Of a stretch of 64,000 nucleotides of DNA, positions 1-9,903 are shown piece after piece. The stretch comes from Rhizobiaceae bacterium (lineage in GTDB: Bacteria; Pseudomonadota; Alphaproteobacteria; Rhizobiales; Rhizobiaceae), in the NCBI GenBank assembly GCA_050247155.1, contig JBFWUS010000021.1, forward strand, positions 3,666-67,665. Reading direction: 5' to 3'. The stretch's first letter is position 1, and each line of letters begins with the position of its first letter. The notes beneath the pieces are model-generated. The model ran no database searches, was not told the DNA's origin, and was given only the letters and a program-made list of their open reading frames with translations. Made by a program: the position numbers and the translations under genes.

Positions 1-37
1 GGCTCCCTACGATGTGGCGATCGTGAGGGAGGAACGC

Positions 38-799
38 ATGGATGCAAGCGGACAGGTCGCCGTCGTAACCGGGGCGGGATCGGGATTGGGCGAGGCGACG
101 GCGCGCGCCCTGGCGGCGAAGGGAGCCAGGGTTGCCGTGCTCGATGTCGGCTTGGAGCGCGCCGAAAAGGTTGCGGCCGACATTGGCGGCCTTGCTGTTA
201 AATGCGACGTGTCGAACGCTGACAGCGCCGAAGCTGCTGTCGGCGAGGTCGCTGAAAAGCTCGGTGCGCCGCGCATCCTGGTCAATTGCGCTGGCATCGC
301 TATCGGCATCAAGACGATCGGCAAGGAGGGGCCACACCCGCTCGACGCCTATCGCAAGGTCATCGAGGTCAACCTCATCGGCACCTTCAACCTGATCCGG
401 CTGGTTGCCGATCGCGCAGCGAAGCTGGACCCGCTGACGGGTGGAGAGCGCGGCGTGATCATCAACACCGCCTCGGTCGCCGCTTACGACGGCCAGGTTG
501 GACAGGCCGCCTATTCGGCCTCCAAGGGCGGCGTTGTGGGCATGACTTTGCCGATCGCGCGCGATCTTGCCCGTTCCGGCATCCGTGTCGTGACCATCGC
601 GCCCGGCATTTTCATGACGCCGATGATGGCCGGCATGCCGCAGGACGTGCAGGATTCCCTGGGTGCAGCGGTCCCATTCCCACCGCGCCTCGGTCAGCCT
701 GCGGAATACGCGGCGCTGGCGCTCCATATCGTCGAGAACCAAATGCTGAACGGCGAGACGATACGCCTGGACGGCGCCATTCGCATGGCGCCAAAATGA
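38..799 (+). CDS. SDR family oxidoreductase (3-hydroxyacyl-CoA dehydrogenase type-2/HSD10-like)
   Basis: TGAGSGLG Rossmann motif, NCAG, YSASK catalytic motif; GGAGGA SD before ATG 38. Confidence 0.9.
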   Translation: MDASGQVAVVTGAGSGLGEATARALAAKGARVAVLDVGLERAEKVAADIGGLAVKCDVSNADSAEAAVGEVAEKLGAPRILVNCAGIAIGIKTIGKEGPHPLDAYRKVIEVNLIGTFNLIRLVADRAAKLDPLTGGERGVIINTASVAAYDGQVGQAAYSASKGGVVGMTLPIARDLARSGIRVVTIAPGIFMTPMMAGMPQDVQDSLGAAVPFPPRLGQPAEYAALALHIVENQMLNGETIRLDGAIRMAPK

Positions 800-1947
800 C
801 GACGCCCGTGCCCGCCCAAAGCGGGCCGTTGCGCGGCATCACCGTCCTCGAGATGGCCGGCCTCGGCCCGGCCCCGCTTGCCGCACTGATGCTGGCGCAG
901 ATGGGCGCCCGGGTCTTGAGGATCGAGCGAACGGTCGAGCAGAACTTTCTCGGCCTTTCAGGCGACCTCGACTATACGCGCTACGGACGTTCCGTGCTCA
1001 AGATCGATCTGAAAAGACCCGAGGGTGTTGAGCTTGTCCTCAGGCTGGCGGAAAAGGTCGACATATTGATCGAGGGATTCCGACCCCGCGTCATGGAGCG
1101 GCTGGGGCTTGGTCCGGACGTCGCGCAACAGCGCAATCCGAGGCTGATATATGGGCGCGTCACGGGTTTCGGCCAGGAAGGGGCGTTGGCGCATCGCGCA
1201 GGCCATGACCTCTCCTATCTCGCCTATACAGGTATTTTGCATGCCATCGGCCAGGAGGGAGGCCGGCCGGCGATTCCGCTCAACCTGGTCGGCGACTATG
1301 GCGGCGGCACGATGTTTCTTGTCGCCGGCGTCTTGGCCGCGCTGGTCGAGCGCAGCACTTCCGGGAAGGGACAAGTGGTCGACGCGGCCATGATGGATGG
1401 CGCTCTAAATCTTGCCTATCCGCTTTTTGCCTATATGGCGGCAGGACAATGGGCCGATCGGCCCGCCTCCAACCTGCTCGATTCCGGGTCGCCTTTTTAC
1501 GACACATACGAGACAGCGGATGGACGGCATGTTGCGGTCGCCTGCCTGGAGCCGCATTTTTTTGCTGAGTTCGCCCGATTGTTGCCGCTGGATCAGGCGT
1601 TTTGCGCCCAACAATACGATCGCACCTGTTGGCCCGCCATGCGCGCGGCCATCGCCGCGCGCCTCAAGGAGCGCGACCGTGACGCATGGGCGGCCACTTT
1701 CGAGGGCACGGATGCCTGTGTTGCCCCCGTGCTGAGCTTCGCAGAGGCGCGGCGGCATGATCATAATGTCGCGCGCGGGACTCATATCGAAGGCGAGCCA
1801 TTCCCTCGGCCAGCGCCGGCGCCCAGGCTGTCACGCTCAAAGCTCACGCCCGTGAATTGCCGAACGAATGAGACTGCTGTCGACATCCTGAGGGCTTTCG
1901 GCGTGGCCGATGCGGAAGGCCTGACGGCGCACGGCGTGGCGGGCTGA
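796..1947 (+). CDS. CaiB/BaiF CoA-transferase family III (alpha-methylacyl-CoA racemase-like)
   Basis: [43 protein letters not shown] motifs; ATG 796 overlaps the SDR stop (ATGA); the ORF-track extension from 286 is shadow. Confidence 0.9.
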   Translation: MTTPVPAQSGPLRGITVLEMAGLGPAPLAALMLAQMGARVLRIERTVEQNFLGLSGDLDYTRYGRSVLKIDLKRPEGVELVLRLAEKVDILIEGFRPRVMERLGLGPDVAQQRNPRLIYGRVTGFGQEGALAHRAGHDLSYLAYTGILHAIGQEGGRPAIPLNLVGDYGGGTMFLVAGVLAALVERSTSGKGQVVDAAMMDGALNLAYPLFAYMAAGQWADRPASNLLDSGSPFYDTYETADGRHVAVACLEPHFFAEFARLLPLDQAFCAQQYDRTCWPAMRAAIAARLKERDRDAWAATFEGTDACVAPVLSFAEARRHDHNVARGTHIEGEPFPRPAPAPRLSRSKLTPVNCRTNETAVDILRAFGVADAEGLTAHGVAG

Positions 1948-1960
1948 AAGAGCAGAAGCG

Positions 1961-2722
1961 ATGAGCAACAAGCCGAACGTCATTCGCGACACCGATGCGG
2001 ACGCTATACAACTAGCAAAGACGCTGGTTCGGGCGGCGCGGTTCGGGGCGCTTGCCGTGCTGGATCCTAAGGAGGGCAGGCCCTTAGCCAGCCGCGTCGG
2101 AGTCGCGACAGATCTCGACGGAACGCCGCTGATCCTCGTTTCCATGCTCTCGGCCCACACACAAGCGCTCATCGCCGATCAGCGCTGTTCGCTGCTTGTC
2201 GGCGAGCCGGGCAAGGGGGATCCGCTGGCCCATCCGCGCATTTCCCTCGCCTGTCGCGCCGAAAAAATTGACCGTGACAGCCCCGCCGGCCAACGCATCA
2301 AGCGCCGCTACCTCAATCGGAACCCAAAGGCCGCGCTCTATGTCGATCTTGGCGATTTCTATTTCTTCGCCCTTTCCATTGAGCGCGCCAGCCTCAACGC
2401 GGGCTTCGGTCGGGCTTACCTCATGGAGCGAGCCGACATCGTCGCGGCAGTCGTCGACGGGTTTGCCGATTTTGAGCAAGCGGCAATCGACCATATGAAT
2501 GCCGATCATCCCGACGCGATCGCGCTCTATGCAAGCCACCATGCGAAACTTGCCGGCGATGCTTGGACGATTACCGGATTTGACGCGGAAGGCGTGGATA
2601 TCGCAAGTGGCGATAAGTTCGGTCGTGTCTGGTTCGACCGCCCGCTATCGACAATCGACGAATTACGCCCGACTTTGGTTGAAATGGCAAAGATTGCGCG
2701 GGCTCAAAATAAGCAAGCTTAG
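1961..2722 (+). CDS. HugZ/pyridoxamine-5'-phosphate-oxidase-like split-barrel protein with C-terminal DUF2470-type domain
   Basis: GKGDPLAHPRISL, LNAGFGRAY, IDHMNADHPDAI motifs. Confidence 0.8.
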   Translation: MSNKPNVIRDTDADAIQLAKTLVRAARFGALAVLDPKEGRPLASRVGVATDLDGTPLILVSMLSAHTQALIADQRCSLLVGEPGKGDPLAHPRISLACRAEKIDRDSPAGQRIKRRYLNRNPKAALYVDLGDFYFFALSIERASLNAGFGRAYLMERADIVAAVVDGFADFEQAAIDHMNADHPDAIALYASHHAKLAGDAWTITGFDAEGVDIASGDKFGRVWFDRPLSTIDELRPTLVEMAKIARAQNKQA

Positions 2723-2863
2723 GACTTTGGATAGTTGTAAAAACAAAAACTTGTGCTTTTGAACTTATCGGTTACGGTGGTCGCGTCATAGCAAGACGCT
2801 TGCGTCGGCCATCGGCTCTTTTGGTATGCCCGCCCCCAGCTACCGCAAGAGCTACGCATTCAA

Positions 2864-3178
2864 ATGGGGAAGTGTGTGCTCACTCGATCGATCAGTTCCA
2901 GTGCGGAGAAGGCTGCCGATTTTCTCACCGTGTTGGGCAACGCAAAGCGGCTGATGATCCTGCATCAACTGCTTCAGCAGGAAATGCCGGTGAATGCGAT
3001 TGCCGACCGGGTCGGGCTAAGCCAATCGGCGCTATCGCAGCATTTGGCGAAATTGCGGGATTCGGGATTGGTCGACACACGCCGCGAGAAGCAGATGATC
3101 TACTATTCCTGCAATTCCGACGAGGTGCGCAGGACGATGGTCATGCTTGCTGACATGTTCGAAATGCCAGCCCAGTGA
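2864..3178 (+). CDS. ArsR/SmtB family transcriptional regulator, NolR-like
   Basis: LGNAKRLMIL ... VGLSQSALSQHLAKLR ... VDTRREKQMIYY winged HTH. Confidence 0.85.
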   Translation: MGKCVLTRSISSSAEKAADFLTVLGNAKRLMILHQLLQQEMPVNAIADRVGLSQSALSQHLAKLRDSGLVDTRREKQMIYYSCNSDEVRRTMVMLADMFEMPAQ

Positions 3179-3265
3179 GGCGCACAACGCTATCGACTTT
3201 GCCGCGCCTGTACCAGAAGGTACATTCCAGCGCGTGCTAGCCGATAGCGAGCAGGCTGGAGCCAT

Positions 3266-4063
3266 ATCATTCAGATCCAGATTTCAGACCCTTGCGACCC
3301 GCGTGTCGCCGCCTATCGCGATATTCGTGAGCGCGACCTGGTAGGGCGTCAGGGGCGTTTCGTGGCCGAGGGTACGGTTGTACTTCGGCACCTGATCGGA
3401 AACAGACGGTTCGCGCTCGAATCGCTGCTCGTCCTGGAGAACCGTCTGGGCGGATTGGCGGATGTGTTGCCGAACGTCCCGGCTGACGTGCCTGTGTACG
3501 TTGCCGGACGGGAGGTCCTGGATGCAATCGCCGGATTTCCCATGCATCGCGGCGTGCTGGCGATCGGTCGACGCAATGTCGGCCCTTCGATGGAAAACCT
3601 GCTGGACGGGCTTTCGAACGCCGCGACGCTGGTCGTCTGCATCGGCATAGCCAATCATGACAATATGGGAGCGATTTTCCGAAACGCCGCGGCATTCGGT
3701 GCGGACGCGATACTGCTCGATCGCACCTCCTGCGATCCGCTCTATCGTAAGGCCATTCGTGTTTCAGTCGGCGCAGCACTGAAAGTGCCGTTCCATGTCT
3801 TCGATGATGCGGAGAAGCTTGTGGACACGCTGGCCTGCCGGGGGTTCCAGCAGCTTGCGCTGACGCCGACCGGCGGAACAGACATCCGAACCGTCATACG
3901 CGCCCCACGGACCGCGATTTATCTGGGTGCCGAGGGGCCAGGCCTGCCCAGCACACTGATTGAGCGAATGATCGGGGCGCGGATCTCGATGGCGCAGGAT
4001 TTCGACAGCTTGAATGTCGCGGCGGCGTCGGCCATTGCCCTTCACTGCCTGGCAAGTGGATAG
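3266..4063 (+). CDS. SpoU/TrmH family RNA methyltransferase; start uncertain (GTG 3362 or non-canonical ATC/ATT at 3266-3269)
   Basis: NHDNMGAIFRNAAAFG, GAEGPGL, DSLNVAAA SPOUT motifs; conserved-looking DPRVAAYRDIRERDL lies in frame upstream of GTG 3362; in-frame TAG at 3245. Confidence 0.8.
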   Translation: MIQIQISDPCDPRVAAYRDIRERDLVGRQGRFVAEGTVVLRHLIGNRRFALESLLVLENRLGGLADVLPNVPADVPVYVAGREVLDAIAGFPMHRGVLAIGRRNVGPSMENLLDGLSNAATLVVCIGIANHDNMGAIFRNAAAFGADAILLDRTSCDPLYRKAIRVSVGAALKVPFHVFDDAEKLVDTLACRGFQQLALTPTGGTDIRTVIRAPRTAIYLGAEGPGLPSTLIERMIGARISMAQDFDSLNVAAASAIALHCLASG

Positions 4064-4080
4064 CTCGGCCGTGCCGAAGG

Positions 4081-5292
4081 TCAGGCCGAAGCGGGCGGGT
4101 TTTGCCGTAGCGTCCTGATCCGTTCGGCCAGGCTGAGTGGCGCACCAGCGGCGACCATCGACCCCGCGTCGGCCCTGGCAAGGGCGGCATTAATTGGCGA
4201 TGCCGGGCCTTCCATGGATGCCGTCAGATGGACCATTTCAGCCGCCAGCGCTTGCATCTGCTCACGAAGCTGGCGTGATGCCGCATCCGTCTTGCCGCCG
4301 GGCGCGGCGAGTTTCTCCCGCAATGCTTTGTTTTCGCGAACCAGGGTGGAGATTCTCGTTTCCAGGCGCTGGACCTTCTCGCCGCGTCCGTTGGCGCTGG
4401 AAGCATCCGCTCCTCGCGCCGCGATCTCACCAGCCATCCTGGCAATTTCTGCTTCGAGCCTTGAGTTCTCAGCCTGCAAGTCGATCAGCCTCACATCCCT
4501 GTCAGTGGAAGGCGGCGATGCGAGGATCGGCTTCAGCCGCTCCCGCAATCGCGCCACTTCGCGGTCGCGCCGCTCCAGCTTCTCTTCCCTGTCCGCCAGG
4601 TCGCCCACCAACTTCAGCAAGCGGGCGTCCAGATTATCCGCCCGTTGCCTTTCCGTCTCGGCCGATTTCTTGGCCATGTTGACGGCAGAGTCCGCATTGC
4701 GGCTGCTGCGCTCGATCGTCTTGCGCTGCCCCTTCAGCGTGGAGATGTCATTGTTCAGACGCTCGATTTCGGTTTCCCGGGCGACAATCTCGATCTGCCG
4801 CGCACTGGACGTAAAGCTCGCTTCCTCGAAATCCTTGCCCAGTTTGGCGAATTCCGAGCGTTGCGCTAGAAGCATCTCCTCCGTCCGAGCCAGCGCAGTC
4901 GACAAGGCTTGCATCCCATCGTCACGCCGACGCAACTCGGCCCGCAGCTCGCGCGCGTCCGCCTCGATACGCGACAGATCTGCCTTGTTGGTCTCCCGTT
5001 CGGTTACGATCGCCTTGACGTCCTTGCTGCTGCGGGCGAGCCTGACCGATTGCTCCGATGCTTTCGCTTTTGCCGCCTTGAGGTCCATCTCCAGCCGCCG
5101 CGTCGCGATGGCATGCTCGGCGCGCAAACTGTCCTTCTCCGCGCGAATCTCATCCAGCGTCAGGGGCAGCGATGCTTCGATGCGACGTCGCGTCAGCATG
5201 ACCGCCCGATTCCAGATAGCCGGCGCGACAAGCGCCGCCAGGAATGCCGCACACAAGAACCCGAGTGCGAAATAGAGGATCAGTTCGATCAC
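4081..5292 (-). CDS. Membrane-anchored long coiled-coil protein
   Basis: N-terminal hydrophobic helix (IELILYFALGFLCAAFLAALVAP) then about 350 aa of heptad-like, charged helical sequence; GTG start at 5292. Confidence 0.75.
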   Translation of the reverse strand: MIELILYFALGFLCAAFLAALVAPAIWNRAVMLTRRRIEASLPLTLDEIRAEKDSLRAEHAIATRRLEMDLKAAKAKASEQSVRLARSSKDVKAIVTERETNKADLSRIEADARELRAELRRRDDGMQALSTALARTEEMLLAQRSEFAKLGKDFEEASFTSSARQIEIVARETEIERLNNDISTLKGQRKTIERSSRNADSAVNMAKKSAETERQRADNLDARLLKLVGDLADREEKLERRDREVARLRERLKPILASPPSTDRDVRLIDLQAENSRLEAEIARMAGEIAARGADASSANGRGEKVQRLETRISTLVRENKALREKLAAPGGKTDAASRQLREQMQALAAEMVHLTASMEGPASPINAALARADAGSMVAAGAPLSLAERIRTLRQNPPASA

Positions 5293-5385
5293 GTGGCCCA
5301 GTCCGCCGGCGCGAAGACCCCGCACCATCGCGCCATTCAGCAATTTTCCGCGGCTACATCAAGCCTTCGCCGAAGCCGCAATAGC

Positions 5386-5961
5386 TCAGAAGGGATTCCA
5401 GGTCGGGTTCTGGGTCAACTTCAGATAACCGAGATTGACGCCAAGGCGAGCGCCGACGCCGGTCTTGACGGGAACCAGAACCATGTCGCCATGCTTCAAC
5501 GCCGTCATGCCGACGCCCGCAACCAGATAGGCGGAGCCAGCTACGCCGGCGAAGCGATTATAGACGTTCGTCACATCGTTCATGTTGTAGACGAGCATCA
5601 TGGTGCGCGACCCTTGGCCGCCGAAATCGAAACCGACCGACGGGCCCTGCCAGAACACGCGATGGTCGCCGGCGTTCTTGGTATACATCGTGCCTTCGCC
5701 ATAGGTCAGGCCGCCGACGAAGGCTCCGGAACCTTCCTCGCCGAGTACATAGCCGTTGGGCAGCCCATAGGAGGCGAACGCCTTCTCGACCACCGTCGCC
5801 AAACCGCCGGAGGTCGCACCGAAAAAGCGATGACCGGAATCGATGATTTCCTGCGCCGTATAGTTCTCGGAATGCGCCGGAGCACTGGCGGCGACGCCGG
5901 CGACCAGCGCCGACAGCACGATAACAAGGGCGCGCGAAGCGTGAATGATTCGGGAGAACAT
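5386..5961 (-). CDS. eipA: DUF1134 / EipA envelope-integrity protein
   Basis: Signal peptide, GEEGSGAFVGGLTYGEG, FWQGPSVGFDFG, RLGVNLGYLK; divergent from chpT as in Rhizobiales. Confidence 0.8.
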   Translation of the reverse strand: MFSRIIHASRALVIVLSALVAGVAASAPAHSENYTAQEIIDSGHRFFGATSGGLATVVEKAFASYGLPNGYVLGEEGSGAFVGGLTYGEGTMYTKNAGDHRVFWQGPSVGFDFGGQGSRTMMLVYNMNDVTNVYNRFAGVAGSAYLVAGVGMTALKHGDMVLVPVKTGVGARLGVNLGYLKLTQNPTWNPF

Positions 5962-6064
5962 GGGCCTACTCGCTACTAGAGAGCCGCTCTGCCGACGCCT
6001 TCGGCCCCCACGACGCTTGTCGATCGCTTCGGGGCCACGATGCTCCAAACTTAGAGCCAAATCC

Positions 6065-6080
6065 TTCAACAACTGTTAAC
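6065..6080. promoter_or_regulatory. CtrA-box-like site in the eipA/chpT divergent region
   Basis: TTCA-ACAACTG-TTAAC, 8/9 match to TTAA-N7-TTAAC. Confidence 0.55.
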
Positions 6081-6229
6081 CCTGCCTTGGAGCTAATGAT
6101 CGCGATGCAATCGATTGGCGGCCGGGCACGTCCTCAGGTTTCTTGAAGCGCTCGTGCGGCCTGTATATCCAAGGATCACGTGTTGGGAATGATTCGCACC
6201 TAGCAAAGCCGAACGGGACATCCATTTTC

Positions 6230-6868
6230 ATGACAGAACCTTTCACACTTTCCGCCGCCGACCTGGCGGCGCTCCTGTGCAGCCGGGTTTGTCACGACAT
6301 CATCTCGCCGGTCGGCGCCATTAACAACGGGCTGGAATTGCTTGACGAGGGCGGCGCCGACGAGGACGCCATGCAGTTGATCCGGGCCAGCGCCCGCGTC
6401 GCGTCAGCACGGCTTAAATATGCACGGATCGCCTTCGGCGCTGCAGGCTCGGCCGGCATGGTGATCGATACGGGCGACGCGGAATCGGTGGCGCAGTCTT
6501 TCTTTTCCCATGAGAAGCCCGAACTGGTGTGGCAGGGCCCGCGAGCGCTCATGCCGAAAAACAAGGTAAAGCTGCTGCTGAACCTGCTTCTGGTTGCGAA
6601 TGCGTCGATCCCGCGCGGCGGCAAGATTGTCGTCACCATCGAGGACCCGGAAGGCCCGTCCAGATTTACCCTCACATCCAACGGGCCAATGATGCGGGTG
6701 CCGCCGAAGTTTCTGGAGCTTCATTCCGGCTCCGCGCCGGAAGAACCGATCGACGCGCATGCGATCCAACCCTATTACACGCTGCTTCTGTCGCGCGAGG
6801 CCGGCATGCCGGTTTCGATTCATGCCGGACCGGAAGAGATCATGTTGAAGGCAGAAGTCGCCGGCTGA
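6230..6868 (+). CDS. chpT: Histidine phosphotransferase ChpT
   Basis: LAALLCSRVCHDIISPVGAINNGLELL phospho-His motif plus degenerate CA domain; near ctrA. Confidence 0.92.
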   Translation: MTEPFTLSAADLAALLCSRVCHDIISPVGAINNGLELLDEGGADEDAMQLIRASARVASARLKYARIAFGAAGSAGMVIDTGDAESVAQSFFSHEKPELVWQGPRALMPKNKVKLLLNLLLVANASIPRGGKIVVTIEDPEGPSRFTLTSNGPMMRVPPKFLELHSGSAPEEPIDAHAIQPYYTLLLSREAGMPVSIHAGPEEIMLKAEVAG

Positions 6869-6880
6869 CCCTCGGCGGCG

Positions 6881-7588
6881 TTATGCTGCCTTGCTGAACC
6901 GAACGGAGCCGTTGTTCAGGAAACAGCTCTTGTCGAAGAGCGTCAGATCCAACGGATTTGGCAATCGGAGATCCGCCATATCGGGAAATGGTTTTGTCGA
7001 TATTTCGTATGAGCGCGCAATCTGTGAAATGAAGACCATGATCAAGCCGCGCCGGCGCGCCAGATCGCGCAGCGTTTCGACTTGATCAGTCAATGGCGGT
7101 TCTTCTCGCTTCTGGTCGAGAAGTTGCAAATAGTCGATGACAACCAGGGTTCCGCTGGGCGCGACGGCGAGTTTGTCTCTGATGTAGCTTGTACAGATAG
7201 CGTCGGAGCAGTCGATTTCCAGGAATTCTTCCGACGGCCCGATACCGACCTGCCGCAACCGGTCGCGCACTTGTTGCTCGGTGTATTCGAGAGTGAAAAA
7301 CATGGCGCGGCTGCCTTCGATTGCGGCTTGCACGGCCAGTCGCAATCCCATCAAGGTCTTGCCTTGGCCGGGCCGCGCGCCGAGCAGAAGCAACTCGCCC
7401 GGTTTCAGCCAATCATAGAGCCGCTCGGCGGGCCCTGCCACCGATGCCTTCGCAGCAAGCAGGCTCCATGCCGCAAAACCCTCATCGGCGGCAATTCGAT
7501 CAAGGGCTTGATGCAACGGAAGCTTTGCGTCGTGCGACAGGCGCTTCGCCTTATGTTTCAATCGATAAATAGGCGCGGAAAGCTTCAT
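6881..7588 (-). CDS. Short DnaB/RecA-fold ATPase (PRK05973-type 'DNA helicase') with small N-terminal helical domain
   Basis: Walker A GARPGQGKT, Walker B VVIDYLQLL, SQIAR; AGGAGG SD before ATG 7588. Confidence 0.75.
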   Translation of the reverse strand: MKLSAPIYRLKHKAKRLSHDAKLPLHQALDRIAADEGFAAWSLLAAKASVAGPAERLYDWLKPGELLLLGARPGQGKTLMGLRLAVQAAIEGSRAMFFTLEYTEQQVRDRLRQVGIGPSEEFLEIDCSDAICTSYIRDKLAVAPSGTLVVIDYLQLLDQKREEPPLTDQVETLRDLARRRGLIMVFISQIARSYEISTKPFPDMADLRLPNPLDLTLFDKSCFLNNGSVRFSKAA

Positions 7589-7781
7589 GGCGAGAACCTC
7601 CTGAAGCGAGCTTTCGCCGCAACCCCTCCTTATGCTTGCTGCTCGATCAGTTGGTTTGTGATCTGGACTGGCCTCGCATGACAATGCGTTTCCCATCGGA
7701 GGGAGGAGGCGCAGGCCGCGCCCAGATCAAAAGTAAGTCGATTCGCGGCCGGTTAGAAATAGGCTTAGAGCGCTGGGCGCC

Positions 7782-7808
7782 AAATAAAAACGGCGCCCGA
7801 AGGCGCCG
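7782..7808 (-). terminator. Intrinsic terminator of ctrA
   Basis: CGGCGCC-UUCG-GGCGCCG stem followed by TTTTTATTT on the minus strand, just downstream of the ctrA stop. Confidence 0.75.
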
Positions 7809-7832
7809 CCGCAAAGTTCAACGTGACGCGCT

Positions 7833-8528
7833 TCAGGCGATTTCGCGGATGTCTTCCGGCTCGCGCAGCACATAGCCGCGGCCCCACACCGTTTCGATGA
7901 AATTCTGGCCGCCAGACGCGGCATCGAGCTTCTTGCGCAGCTTGCAGATGAAGACGTCGATAATCTTCAGTTCCGGCTCGTCCATGCCGCCGTAAAGGTG
8001 GTTCAGGAACATTTCCTTGGTGAGCGTGGTGCCCTTGCGCAGCGAGAGCAGCTCCAGCATCTGGTATTCCTTGCCGGTCAGATGCACGCGCTGGCCGCCG
8101 ACTTCTACAGTCTTCGCGTCGAGATTGACGATCAGGTCGCCGGTGGCGATGACCGATTGGGCATGGCCCTTCGAGCGGCGCACGATCGCATGGATACGGG
8201 CTACCAACTCGTCCTTGTGGAACGGCTTGGTCATGTAGTCGTCGGCGCCGAAGCCGAGGCCGCGGACCTTGTCTTCGATGCCGGCCATGCCGGACAGGAT
8301 CAGGATCGGTGTCTTGACCTTCGACAGGCGGAGCGTGCGCAGCACTTCGTAGCCGGACATGTCGGGAAGGTTCAGATCGAGGAGGATGATATCATAGTCA
8401 TAGAGCTTGCCGAGATCGACGCCCTCTTCGCCCAGATCCGTCGTGTAGACGTTGAAACTTTCGGATTTGAGCATCAGTTCGATGCTCTGGGCGGTTGCAC
8501 TGTCATCTTCAATCAGCAGGACGCGCAT
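7833..8528 (-). CDS. ctrA: Cell-cycle master response regulator CtrA
   Basis: [56 protein letters not shown]. Confidence 0.98.
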   Translation of the reverse strand: MRVLLIEDDSATAQSIELMLKSESFNVYTTDLGEEGVDLGKLYDYDIILLDLNLPDMSGYEVLRTLRLSKVKTPILILSGMAGIEDKVRGLGFGADDYMTKPFHKDELVARIHAIVRRSKGHAQSVIATGDLIVNLDAKTVEVGGQRVHLTGKEYQMLELLSLRKGTTLTKEMFLNHLYGGMDEPELKIIDVFICKLRKKLDAASGGQNFIETVWGRGYVLREPEDIREIA

Positions 8529-8947
8529 CTATATCCCCTTCTCCACCCCTCCGGCGGCCATCGCGAAGCCTTGGCCCAGAGCAGCGATTGCTTATGCCGG
8601 AAGCTGCCACCTAATGGTTAATAAATCCTAATTTTGCCGATTCGGCGAGAGCGGATTTTTCAACCTTTTGGCACACCTTCTTGAATCTAATACCGAATCC
8701 CTCGAACCCGGTTGCCAGACCCAGCTTTAGGATCGCCGTCTAACCCAACCATTTTTTCGATCGGTTCCAACACGCGATTTTTACCGGGCCTTAATGGCTA
8801 ATGGGTATGATTAACAATGCGCGTAAAGGAATGGTTACCGACGGTAAGGATTTTTAAGAAAGTGTGACGCCGGTAACCGCGCCGGCAGGATTAGCCCCCA
8901 AGGCTACCCGAATCATCGCGGTGTGTGCGTGTTCCGGAGTATCGAGT

Positions 8948-9325
8948 ATGAAGTCACGTGAGAACCTGGTGCGTCTGAAAAAATTCCAGGTTAGCGAGCA
9001 GCGCCGCCAGCTTGGCCAGCTCGATCTGATGATCGGCGAATTCGAACGCATGGCCGCCGAGTTGGAATTGCAGATCGCCGCCGAGGAAAAGAAGGCCGGC
9101 ATCACCGACATCAATCACTTCGCCTATCCGACCTTCGCCAAGGCCGCGCGCAGCAGGCGTGACAACCTGAAGAACTCGCAGCACGATCTTCGTCAGCAGC
9201 GGCAAGGCGTCGAGGAACGCCTGGCCGAGGCGGAAACCGAATTGGCCAAGGCCGAGGCGCTGGAATCGCGCGACCACAAGATGCGTGAACCGGAGCATGA
9301 CATCAGAAGCGTGATGATCGGCTGA
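8948..9325 (+). CDS. fliJ: FliJ-like flagellar export coiled-coil protein
   Basis: MKSRENLVRLKKFQV, HFAYPTFAKAA; divergent from ctrA. Confidence 0.7.
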   Translation: MKSRENLVRLKKFQVSEQRRQLGQLDLMIGEFERMAAELELQIAAEEKKAGITDINHFAYPTFAKAARSRRDNLKNSQHDLRQQRQGVEERLAEAETELAKAEALESRDHKMREPEHDIRSVMIG

Positions 9326-9445
9326 CGATAAGCAGCCAATCGTCGCGGAGCGACCATTGGCTGCGACCTGGTTTGCACATAATGCCATAATGCCGCCGAC
9401 ATAAGGCGGAGATTCTCCGCCGATCCGCGGCGGGCTCTTTTGATT

Positions 9446-9880
9446 ATGCGCTTTACCGTTCCCTTGATGCTGTTTGCGGCGTCGCTTTGCCTTGCGCTCG
9501 GTCTGGTTCTGCCCCTAATCCGCCTCGAGCGGCTCTACTTTTTCACCCAGGAGCCGTCACTGATCGAGATCATCAGTGGCCTGTGGACCGAAGGCGAATG
9601 GCTGCTGGCTGTGATGGTTGGGCTGTTTTCGGCCGTCTTTCCGATCGTCAAGCTGGGCACGCTTCATGTGCTGTCATACGGCGCGACGCATGAACGCCCT
9701 GCCGTCCCGGCCTGGCTCAAAACCTTGTCGAACTGGTCGATGCTCGACGTCTTGCTGGTGGCGCTGGTGATTTTTGCCGCCAAGACCAGCGGTCTGGCCG
9801 CCGCGATCACGCAGCCGGGCCTTTGGTTCTTTGCGGGATCAGCTGTGCTGACGGCAACTGCGTCAGCGATCGAGAAATGA
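9446..9880 (+). CDS. Paraquat-inducible protein A (PqiA) family membrane protein
   Basis: FPIVKL, NWSMLDVLLVAL, PGLWFF; four hydrophobic segments. Confidence 0.75.
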   Translation: MRFTVPLMLFAASLCLALGLVLPLIRLERLYFFTQEPSLIEIISGLWTEGEWLLAVMVGLFSAVFPIVKLGTLHVLSYGATHERPAVPAWLKTLSNWSMLDVLLVALVIFAAKTSGLAAAITQPGLWFFAGSAVLTATASAIEK

Positions 9881-9903
9881 GCCGGCGCCTCGCCGGACCA
9901 CAA

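Noticed and set aside
286-795. N-terminal 170 aa of the 553-aa ORF 286..1947
   Set aside because: Out-of-frame overlap with the SDR gene; the CoA-transferase sequence begins at ATG 796.
4214-5979. Long + strand ORFs 4214..5275 and 4909..5979
   Set aside because: Antisense shadows of the coiled-coil gene and eipA with no motifs, as expected in GC-rich DNA.
8600-8860. TTAA/GTAA-rich sites in the ctrA-fliJ intergenic region
   Set aside because: CtrA autoregulation is likely, but the pairs I found mostly had 6- or 8-nt spacers or poor half-sites, so I did not assign coordinates.
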